A stretch of 15,131 bases of DNA from Myxococcota bacterium. GTDB taxonomy: Bacteria; Myxococcota; JACRCW01. Shown here in pieces: positions 1 through 6,462 of the stretch. The stretch spans positions 1 through 15,131 of the forward strand of contig JBFMGU010000257.1 of the NCBI GenBank assembly GCA_040752415.1. The letters run 5' to 3'. Made by a program: the position numbers and the translations under genes. How positions within the stretch are numbered: the stretch's first letter is position 1; each line of letters begins with the position of its first letter. The notes beneath the pieces are model-generated. The model was not told where the DNA came from. It did no database searches and saw nothing but the letters and a program-made list of their open reading frames with translations.

Positions 1-122
1 TATGGTGTTGTTCACTTGAAAAGCCCTTTCGTCGGTTCCGGCTCTCGTCGCTGTGAGCTTGGATTGTCGGGGGCTTTTCAAGTTTGATCCGTCATTTCGT
101 GTCGTCACGCGCTTGTTTTGGG
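1..122 (-). mobile_element. Possible left end/leader of an insertion sequence (IS1380-like), with a putative transposase start running off the window edge
   Basis: Bases 1-120 are 61/120 GC (about 51%) versus about 70% in the flanking genes. The boundary falls next to ACTAGT (123-128). On the minus strand GAAAGGG-cttttcaa-GTG (GTG at 15..13) opens MNNTI..., with SD and start codon in or at a long hairpin. The family assignment comes from recalled IS1380 leader architecture and is unverified. Confidence 0.35.
14..83. repeat. Perfect 13-bp inverted repeat closing a long imperfect hairpin
   Basis: ACTTGAAAAGCCC (14-26) and GGGCTTTTCAAGT (71-83). Inner pairing includes GCTC 41-44/GAGC 55-58 and TCC 37-39/GGA 61-63, plus several G-T pairs. 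Confidence 0.9.
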
Positions 123-152
123 ACTAGTACGACGCGGCCCGCACGGTGAACC

Positions 153-950
153 TCAAGGTCCCGTCGAGGGGGGCTTCCCCGTTGGAGGCTTGTCGCCGCC
201 CAGCTCCGGGGTGGGCGGGAGGTGTTCCTTCATGAAGCGCGCCTTGTCCGCCAGCGGCTTGCCCAGGTGATCGGTCTCGGTGGGGGGCAAGGCGGCCAGC
301 TCATCCAGCACCGCCATCGCCCGTCGACGATCCTGCAGCCGGTACACCTCCAGGGCCAGCGCCAGGGAGGCCATGTTGGCGGCGGCCACGTCGGAGTCGC
401 AGCGGCTCTCGCGGTAGCGGTCACGCGCGCGTTCCAGCAGGGGCTGCGCCGCCTCCATGCGCTCCAACACCGCCTTGCGACCGTTCTTCAGGTGGTGCTG
501 CCCCAGCTCATACGCGGCGCAGCCGGCGCGGTAGGTGTCGGGGAACTTCTCCAGCAGCTCCTCCAACGCCGCCATGGCCTCGGGACTGGAGCGGGGACGT
601 CTGCCGCGCGTCCACAGGTCGTCCATCTCCAGGAACGCCGCGTCGCCCAGGCGCTTGCGATCCGCTTCCGTCTGCTCGGCAAAGCGACCCGTGGGCTTGG
701 GTGCGGGCTCGGGCTCGTCGGGGACGGGGGCCAGGCGCGGGTCCACCGCGGGTCTGCGCTTCTCCGCCACGGGCGCTTCCGGGTCCACCCAACCTTTCTC
801 GTCGTCCAGGCCCTCATCACGTGGCGGGGCCGGAGGAGGCGGCACGTCCCCCGCGGCCGGCGGGCTCGACGTGTCCAGGAACACCACCAGCACCAACGCC
901 AACGCCACCGCGCCCATGGCCCCCAGGGCGAGCACCAGCCGCCGGCTCAT
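153..950 (-). CDS. Membrane-anchored hypothetical protein with Pro-rich linker and TPR-like helical domain
   Basis: N-terminal MSRR plus a hydrophobic helix (LVLALGAMGAVALALVLVVFL), a Pro/acidic linker, and LEELLEKFPDTYRAGCAAYELG resembling TPR (L..YP.S..A..A.Y.LG). ATGA overlap with the upstream GNAT stop (947-950). Confidence 0.8.
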   Translation of the reverse strand: MSRRLVLALGAMGAVALALVLVVFLDTSSPPAAGDVPPPPAPPRDEGLDDEKGWVDPEAPVAEKRRPAVDPRLAPVPDEPEPAPKPTGRFAEQTEADRKRLGDAAFLEMDDLWTRGRRPRSSPEAMAALEELLEKFPDTYRAGCAAYELGQHHLKNGRKAVLERMEAAQPLLERARDRYRESRCDSDVAAANMASLALALEVYRLQDRRRAMAVLDELAALPPTETDHLGKPLADKARFMKEHLPPTPELGGDKPPTGKPPSTGP

Positions 951-1534
951 GTGTCCCCCGTCATGGCCAGGAGCTCACGCGCCGCCGGCGTGGGCCATTC
1001 ACTGCGCAGCACGCTCATGCGCAGCATGTCCCGGTATTCGCCACGCAGCTTGTACTCCGCGCGCATGACGCCCTCCTTCACGAAGCCGAGCTTGTCGTAG
1101 AGGTGGATGCCCTTCTCGTTGGTGGTGAAGACGTTGAGGTAGATCTTGTGCAGTCCCATCTTCGTCAGCGCGGTGTGCATGAGCGCGCACAAAGCCTCCT
1201 GCGCAATCCCCCGCCCCCACGCCTCCTTGCGCAGGATGATGCCCACGCGGGCGTTGTCGTTGACGGTGTCCCACTCATGCAGGCCCGCGTTGCCCGCGTA
1301 GGCCTCGTTCCCGTCGACGTCACGCTCGAACACGGCCAGCAACAGGTCGCCGGGGCTGGCCTGTTTCTCACGGATGTACGCGGCAATCCGCTCGGGGTCG
1401 GCGCCCTTCTCGAAGAAGCTGAAGTTCTTCACCACGTCGGGGTCGGCGGCCCACTGCAGGACGAGTGGGACGTGCTCCACGCTGAGGGTGCGCAGCACCA
1501 GGCGGGGTGAGCGGATCTCGAGGGCGCTCTGCAT
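947..1534 (-). CDS. GNAT family N-acetyltransferase, RimJ/RimL (Acetyltransf_3, SpeG-like) type, 195 aa
   Basis: C-terminal part of ORF 947..2161. Motifs IRSPRLVLRTL, acetyl-CoA-binding AWGRGIAQEA, GLHKIYLNVFTTNEKGIHLYDKLGFVKEG and YRDMLRMSVL. Start set at ATG 1534 because the upstream extension overlaps a TetR gene in another frame. Confidence 0.92.
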   Translation of the reverse strand: MQSALEIRSPRLVLRTLSVEHVPLVLQWAADPDVVKNFSFFEKGADPERIAAYIREKQASPGDLLLAVFERDVDGNEAYAGNAGLHEWDTVNDNARVGIILRKEAWGRGIAQEALCALMHTALTKMGLHKIYLNVFTTNEKGIHLYDKLGFVKEGVMRAEYKLRGEYRDMLRMSVLRSEWPTPAARELLAMTGDT

Positions 1535-1542
1535 GGGGGCGG

Positions 1543-1548
1543 AGCCTA
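1543..1548 (-). promoter_or_regulatory. Candidate sigma70-type -10 element (TAGGCT) for a leaderless or very short-leader GNAT transcript
   Basis: TANNNT hexamer 8 nt upstream of ATG 1534, with no SD motif in between. Confidence 0.3.
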
Positions 1549-1610
1549 GCGCGGTTGGTGGGGTGGATGCGCCGGTCCCGAGCGCTGACGCCGCGGGCCA
1601 CGCTCCGCGG

Positions 1611-2276
1611 TCACGACTTCCGCAACGCACCGTGCTGCACCAGGGCCATGATCTGCTCCACCTGGCGCGCGCGCTGTTTCTCGCTCGAGACCTCGTGTCC
1701 CAGCACCTGCTCCACCAGCGTGCCGTGGGTGTGCCACACCGCCACCATGCCCAGGGTGTTGACCACCAGGTAGGCCGCGTCCACGTCGGGATTGGTGTCC
1801 TTGCGGTCCTCGCGCAGGGCGTCCACGGTGGCCTGGAAGATGGGCCCCAGCGCCTCCACCACCGTGCCCCGGATGCGACGCGCGTTGCCCATGCACTCGC
1901 GGGTGACCAGCCACAGCACGTCGCGGTGGCGGTGGAAGTAGCTGCTGAGGACCTCCACCCACGCGGCGAGCAGCATCTCGGTGGGCAGGCCCTTGAGGAG
2001 GAGCTTCTGGCCCAGCACCTTGAGCGGCTTGAGCGCGTCGGCCAGCACGGCCTGGTAGAGGTCGTCCTTGTCGCCGAAGTAGTGGTGCACCAGCGCGGCG
2101 TTGACGCCGGCCTTGAGGGCCACGTCCTTGATGCGCGTGGCGTCGTAACCCCACTGACCAAAGAGCTTGAGCGCGGCGGCCAGGATGCGACGGCGCGTGG
2201 CCACGGCGGAAGCCCCGGCGGGGCGGCCGGACTTGCGACGGGTGGTGCCTTCCTGGGTGGTGCTGGAGGCGCTCAT
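1611..2276 (-). CDS. TetR/AcrR family transcriptional regulator (downstream copy)
   Basis: TRRRILAAALKLFGQWGYDATRIKDVALKAGVNAALVHHYFGDKDDLY is a TetR_N HTH, followed by a helical ligand domain. ATGA overlap with the upstream TetR. Confidence 0.95.
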   Translation of the reverse strand: MSASSTTQEGTTRRKSGRPAGASAVATRRRILAAALKLFGQWGYDATRIKDVALKAGVNAALVHHYFGDKDDLYQAVLADALKPLKVLGQKLLLKGLPTEMLLAAWVEVLSSYFHRHRDVLWLVTRECMGNARRIRGTVVEALGPIFQATVDALREDRKDTNPDVDAAYLVVNTLGMVAVWHTHGTLVEQVLGHEVSSEKQRARQVEQIMALVQHGALRKS

Positions 2277-2938
2277 TCCGAACGGGGCGGCTGCAGGAGG
2301 GCCAGCAGCATGCGGGTGACTTCCACGCGCCGCCGCTCGACGAGCTCCTCGCTGAGCGGGTCGCCCTCGAGGATCTGGGCCACCACGGCCTGGTGCGTGA
2401 AGTAGAGGCCCACCGCGCCCACCACGGTGATGACCATGTGCGCGGGATCCAGGTCGGGCACGCGTCCGGTCTTGCGCGCCTCCTCGAAGAACTTGATGGC
2501 CTGGTCGAACAGCGGACGCAGCGTGTCCTTGATGATGGGCCGCAACCGCTCCGCGCCGCTGAGGGCCTCCCGTGTCACCAGCAGCACCACTTCCCGACGC
2601 TCCCGGAAGAAGTACGTCATGAGGCTCACGAAGCCCTCGATGATGTCCTTGATGTCCATGTCCGGGATGAGCAGGCCGGTGCCGCTTTCCTTGAGCGGTC
2701 CCAGCGCGCGCTCCATGACGGCGTTGTACAGGCGGCCCTTGTCGCCGAAGTAGTGGTGCACCAGGGCGGTGTGCACGTCGGCGGCGTCGGCGATCTCCTT
2801 GAGCCGCGCGCCCTCGAACCCGCTCTTGGCAAAGGAGGAGAGGGCCGCGTCCAGGATGCGCGCGCGTGTGTCCTCGCTGCTGGAGTGCCGGGGGCGGCCG
2901 GGACGACGTGCGGTTCGCTGGGGAGGGACCACGGACAT
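2273..2938 (-). CDS. TetR/AcrR family transcriptional regulator (upstream copy)
   Basis: TRARILDAALSSFAKSGFEGARLKEIADAADVHTALVHHYFGDKGRLY HTH. Start ATG 2938 is preferred over GTG 2947 because an extended -10 lies 7 nt upstream of it. Confidence 0.95.
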   Translation of the reverse strand: MSVVPPQRTARRPGRPRHSSSEDTRARILDAALSSFAKSGFEGARLKEIADAADVHTALVHHYFGDKGRLYNAVMERALGPLKESGTGLLIPDMDIKDIIEGFVSLMTYFFRERREVVLLVTREALSGAERLRPIIKDTLRPLFDQAIKFFEEARKTGRVPDLDPAHMVITVVGAVGLYFTHQAVVAQILEGDPLSEELVERRRVEVTRMLLALLQPPRSE

Positions 2939-2945
2939 GGGCGGC

Positions 2946-2954
2946 ACGCTAGCA
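2946..2954 (-). promoter_or_regulatory. Candidate extended -10 promoter (TGcTAGCGT) for a leaderless tetR-tetR transcript
   Basis: TGnTANNNT followed by exactly 7 nt and then ATG 2938, with no SD. Confidence 0.45.
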
Positions 2955-2983
2955 GGTCTCCCCGGGGTGGGTCAGGCCCAACG

Positions 2984-4633
2984 TCAACGCAGGAGCGCGT
3001 GCGCCACCACCACGGGTGGACGCCCGGGAAGACGTCGCAGCACACGCTTCACACCCCGCTGCAGCGCGGCCTGGGCCGTCTCCTGGTCGGTGCGCTCCTC
3101 GGGCTGCAGCGCGTTGAGGCTCACCAACGCCTCGTGCACCGCCTCACCTTCCAGCAACTCCTGCGCAGCAAGGCCCAACCCCCGGCTGCTCAGCTGCAGG
3201 CGCCCCACCACCTCTCCGCTGTGGGCGTCCAGGACGGCGCTGAGCACCACCAGTCCGGCGGTGAGGTCGCGCCGCTCGTCGACCACCGGCCCCAGCGGCG
3301 TCATCCCGCCCTGCTCATCCAGCAGCACATTGCCCACTTCCCGACGAGCCAGCAGGCGCGGCGGCAACCCGTGGTCCACCTCCACGACGTCACCACTGGT
3401 GCACACCGGCGTCATCTCGGGCGCGAGGCCCTCCTCCCGTGCCAGCTCGGCCAGCGCCTGGAGGTGGCGGAATCCGCCGTGGACGGCCAGCACCGCGCGC
3501 GGGCGCACCGCCTGGATGAGTCGACGCAGATCCTCACGGTAGCCGTGACCGCTGACGTGGACACCTTCGTGTGCGTCGTGGACGGTGGCGCCCATGCGCG
3601 CGAAGTTGTCCAGCAGCCCCGCCAGGCGGCCCTCATTGCCGGGGATGGCGCGTGCGCTGTGGATGACGTCGTCACCTTTCTGCACCGGCGGCAGGTTCCC
3701 CTCGCCGTGGGCCAGGCGCCAGAAGGCGCTGCGCTCCTCTCCCTGGCAGCCGCTCACCATGACGGTGAGACGCTGCGGTGGCAGCTCCTGGGCCTCGCCG
3801 GGGGAGACCATGATGGACTCCGGCCACACCGCGTTCCCGAAGGTGCGTCCCAGTCGCGCGTGGGTCTGCGCGCCGCGTCCGGCCACCAGGATCTTCCTGC
3901 CGTTCCGCTCACTGAGCTGCGCCACCAACGCCATGCGTTGCAGGTGGCTGGCGAACGTAGAGAGGAACACACGTCCATGCGCCTGCGCGAAGATGCGCTC
4001 CAGCGCCGGACCCACGCTGCGCTCGCCGGCGTTGTGACCGTGGGACATGGCGCCGGTGCTGTCGGCGAGCAGGAGATCCACGCCCTGGCTTCCCAGCGAG
4101 GAGAGCCCGCTCATGTCGGTGGGTGGTCCCAGCACGGGATTCTCGTCGATGCGGAAGTCCCCGGAGTGGAGCACGCGCAGCCCGCCGGCCTCCAGCAGCA
4201 GGCAGAGCGAGTCGGGGATGGAGTGGCTGACGGAGAGCGCGCTGACGTGGAACGCGCCCAGCTGCACGGTGGCGCCGGGGGTGAGCGGCTGCACCTCGGG
4301 GATGGGCAATCCCACGTCGTCACAGCGCTCCCGGACGAGCTCAAGCGTGAGCGGCGTTCCCAGGCACGGCGCGGCCACCTCGCGGTGCAGGTAGCCCACC
4401 GCGCCAATGTGGTCCTCGTGTCCGTGGGTGAGCAGGTAGCCCTTGAGACGGCCCTGGTATTCGCGGATGAAGGTCGGGTCGGTGATGCACAGCTCCGCGG
4501 CCAGGCCAGCCTCCCGCGGAAACCCGATGCCCGCGTCAACGACCACGGCGTCCCCGGTCTCCGCGTCCTCGATCACCATGCAGTTCTGGCCGAAGACGCC
4601 GAGTCCGCCCACCAGGTGAAGTCGAAGGGGCAT
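2984..4633 (-). CDS. rnj: Ribonuclease J (metallo-beta-lactamase/beta-CASP RNase)
   Basis: 549 aa with GGLG..G.N, DAGIGFP, THGHEDHIG (HxHxDH), HSIPD, HSGDFRID, ADST, FASHLQR, GCQGE, IPGNE, HVSGH and VHG motifs, plus an RNase J C-terminal domain (ERRDL..GLV, SRG, RPPVV). Confidence 0.93.
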   Translation of the reverse strand: MPLRLHLVGGLGVFGQNCMVIEDAETGDAVVVDAGIGFPREAGLAAELCITDPTFIREYQGRLKGYLLTHGHEDHIGAVGYLHREVAAPCLGTPLTLELVRERCDDVGLPIPEVQPLTPGATVQLGAFHVSALSVSHSIPDSLCLLLEAGGLRVLHSGDFRIDENPVLGPPTDMSGLSSLGSQGVDLLLADSTGAMSHGHNAGERSVGPALERIFAQAHGRVFLSTFASHLQRMALVAQLSERNGRKILVAGRGAQTHARLGRTFGNAVWPESIMVSPGEAQELPPQRLTVMVSGCQGEERSAFWRLAHGEGNLPPVQKGDDVIHSARAIPGNEGRLAGLLDNFARMGATVHDAHEGVHVSGHGYREDLRRLIQAVRPRAVLAVHGGFRHLQALAELAREEGLAPEMTPVCTSGDVVEVDHGLPPRLLARREVGNVLLDEQGGMTPLGPVVDERRDLTAGLVVLSAVLDAHSGEVVGRLQLSSRGLGLAAQELLEGEAVHEALVSLNALQPEERTDQETAQAALQRGVKRVLRRLPGRPPVVVAHALLR

Positions 4634-4661
4634 GGGGGTTCCGGAGGGCGCGGGTCCAGGA

Positions 4662-4797
4662 AAGGAAGTCAGAAGTCAGGAGTCAGGAGTCAGGAGTCAG
4701 AATAGCGGAAGCGGCAGGTCACGTCAGGGAGGGGCCGGGGTCACGCGTTGCGCAAACGGGGTTCAACCCATTCTGACTTCTGACTCCTGACTTCCTT
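4662..4797. repeat. Intergenic inverted-repeat element with heptamer (RAGTCAG) tandem arrays in both arms
   Basis: Left arm AAGG-(AAGTCAG)2(GAGTCAG)3-AAT (4662-4703). Right arm ATT-CTGACTT-CTGACTC-CTGACTT-CCTT (4770-4797) is the reverse complement of AAGG-(RAGTCAG)3-AAT. A 66-bp core lies between them. Confidence 0.92.
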
Positions 4798-4813
4798 CTC
4801 GTCCCCCGCGACC

Positions 4814-5821
4814 TCACCGCACCGTCTGCCGCAGGTGCTCCAGGCTCAGCGCCAGGCCCTCAGCCAGCTTCACCGTGGGTCGGTATCCCAGCTCCTCCTC
4901 GGCGCGACGCAGGTCGGCCCAGGTCCGTTCCACGTCGCCGGCGGCGGCACCCACTTCCGTGGTGTAGATGCGCGCGCCCAGGGTCACCTGCAGCGTGCGC
5001 ACCATCTCGCGCAGCGTCACCTGCTCCCCGCTGCCGATGTTGTAGACGCGGAAGCGCGCGGCCGCGGCGGGCGGCGCGTCCTCGGTGGGGCGCAGCATGG
5101 CCAGGCGGATGCCTTCCACCACGTCGCCCACGTAGGTGTAGTCGCGGCCGCTGCCGTCGGGGTCAAAGAGCGCAATGGGCTGCTGGGTGAGCATGCGCCG
5201 CGCGAAGTTGGTGATGGCCATGTCCGGGCGCTGGCGCGGGCCATAGACGGTGAAGAAGCGCAGGCAGGTGATGCGCGGCCCTCCCACGGAGGCGGCCCAG
5301 CTGCTGGCCAACAACTCCATGGCGCGCTTGCTGGCGGCGTACGGGCTCACCGGCTGCGCGCAGGGGTCATCCTCATGGAACGGCAGTCGCCGGCTGGAGC
5401 CGTACACGGAGGACGACGACGCCAGCACCATGTGCGGCGGAGGCTGCTGCGGCGTGAACGCCTCCAGGAGCTGCGCGGTGCCGGTGCAGTTGACGGAGAA
5501 GTAGTCCGCGGGCCGCTCCAGCGAGGGGCGCACGCCCACCTCCCCGGCCAGGTGCACCACGTGACTGTAGGGCCCCGCGGCCACCAGCTGACGCAGCACC
5601 GCGGTGTCGCGGATGTCCCCTTCCACGAACGTGAAGCGGGAGCGCTCCTGCAGCGCGGTGGCGTGCTGCCGCTTGACGCGCGGGTCGTAGTACGGCGTCA
5701 GCGCGTCCACGCCCACCACCGTGACGTCGGGGTAGGCGTTCATGAGGTGCTCACAGAGGTGCGAGCCGATGAACCCGGCGCAACCGGTGACCAGCACCCG
5801 CGAGGGGGTTGGGGCGCTCAC
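4814..5821 (-). CDS. NAD-dependent epimerase/dehydratase (extended SDR), UDP-glucuronate 4-epimerase-like
   Basis: VLVTGCAGFIG, HLAGEVGVRPS, ASSSSVYG, YAASK (YxxxK), LRFFTVYGPRQRPDMA, RDYTYVGD and YNIG motifs. GTG start overlaps the upstream stop (5818-5821). Confidence 0.93.
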   Translation of the reverse strand: MSAPTPSRVLVTGCAGFIGSHLCEHLMNAYPDVTVVGVDALTPYYDPRVKRQHATALQERSRFTFVEGDIRDTAVLRQLVAAGPYSHVVHLAGEVGVRPSLERPADYFSVNCTGTAQLLEAFTPQQPPPHMVLASSSSVYGSSRRLPFHEDDPCAQPVSPYAASKRAMELLASSWAASVGGPRITCLRFFTVYGPRQRPDMAITNFARRMLTQQPIALFDPDGSGRDYTYVGDVVEGIRLAMLRPTEDAPPAAAARFRVYNIGSGEQVTLREMVRTLQVTLGARIYTTEVGAAAGDVERTWADLRRAEEELGYRPTVKLAEGLALSLEHLRQTVR

Positions 5822-6345
5822 GAACCCTCTCCGGCCTTCTTGATCTTCTTGACGTACTTCTCCCCGTCCACCTCGATGACCACGGTCTCGACCTTGATGT
5901 CCATCTCCGGGGAGGTGTTCTTCTCGTCCTTGAACTTCTCGGGGAACAGGTTGCGCTTCTCACCCCGACGCCACCGGTCCACCAGCATGTACGTGCCGGT
6001 CACGCGGTCCTTGCCGTCGGCGCCGCGCGTGAAGCTGCCGGTGATGAAGACCTTGGCCTCCCGCCACTCCGCGCCGCTCTCGTTGATGACCTCCACAAAG
6101 GTCTTCTCGCGCGAGCCGAAGCTGATGGAGCTGACCTTCACGCGCGCGTCGATGGGATTGTCCTCACCGGGGGGCGGGGCAATGATGAGCGTCAGCAGCG
6201 CAATGACGACGTAACCGCCAATCACGCCGGCCTTGGCCTTGACGTAGACGGTCTCCTCCCGGAAGTCCTTGGCCAGGCGCACCACCGTCTGGCGCACGTC
6301 ATCCAGGGTATCCAGGATCTTCTCTTTGACGTCTGCGGCAGCCAC
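5818..6345 (-). CDS. Hypothetical single-pass membrane protein with a predicted beta-rich extracytoplasmic domain
   Basis: Codon pattern typical of genuine high-GC genes, GAGGAG upstream of the GTG, TM helix VIGGYVVIALLTLIIA, and translational coupling to the epimerase. Confidence 0.8.
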   Translation of the reverse strand: MAAADVKEKILDTLDDVRQTVVRLAKDFREETVYVKAKAGVIGGYVVIALLTLIIAPPPGEDNPIDARVKVSSISFGSREKTFVEVINESGAEWREAKVFITGSFTRGADGKDRVTGTYMLVDRWRRGEKRNLFPEKFKDEKNTSPEMDIKVETVVIEVDGEKYVKKIKKAGEGS

Positions 6346-6384
6346 GGCGTCTCGCGCTCCTCGCGTCGGTCCTGCGACCCACCG

Positions 6385-6416
6385 ACCTTAGAGCCCCGGG
6401 GTTGCGCCCAGCAACC
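6385..6416 (-). promoter_or_regulatory. Candidate sigma70 promoter TTGCTG-N18-TAAGGT with an inverted repeat GGTTGC-N5-GCAACC over the -35
   Basis: On the minus strand the -35 is at 6414-6409 and the -10 at 6390-6385. The inverted repeat arms are at 6400-6405 and 6411-6416. It sits upstream of the membrane protein/epimerase pair. Confidence 0.4.
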
Positions 6417-6462
6417 GGGCAGGCACGCGGCCGGCGCTCAGCGCGTGGGCGGACCTGCCACC

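Noticed and set aside
14..83. Retron msr/msd, integron attC or tRNA fragment
   Set aside because: No RT or integrase in the window, no RYYYAAC/GTTRRRY core pair bounding the stem, and no cloverleaf or T-loop motif. It cannot be fully excluded because the left context is missing.
1591..1610. CCGCGG-N8-CCGCGG hairpin right after the tetR stop as a terminator
   Set aside because: Only a 6-bp GC stem with no U-tract, which is common by chance at this GC content.
1535..2161. N-terminal 209-aa extension of the GNAT ORF, suggesting a TetR-GNAT frameshift fusion
   Set aside because: It is an alternative-frame read of the TetR gene with low-complexity R/S/T/W composition. TetR has its own stop at 1611, the GNAT has its own ATG, and no slippery site is evident.
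947..2938. GNAT toxin-antitoxin module (AtaT/TacT type)
   Set aside because: The GNAT is of the RimJ/RimL class and the upstream genes are full-length TetRs, not RHH/DUF1778 antitoxins.
2393..4705. 770-aa plus-strand ORF, and similar long antisense ORFs at 222-1100, 4835-6214, 5809-7200, 8814-10898 and 13558-14856
   Set aside because: Shadow ORFs opposite well-supported genes. They are expected in high-GC DNA and show no recognisable motifs. The SQESGVRSQESE tail is just the translated heptamer repeat.
4662..4797. CRISPR array or simple intrinsic terminator interpretation of the heptamer region
   Set aside because: The units are 7 bp with no spacers and there are no cas genes. The arms are 66 bp apart and lack a proper U-tract.
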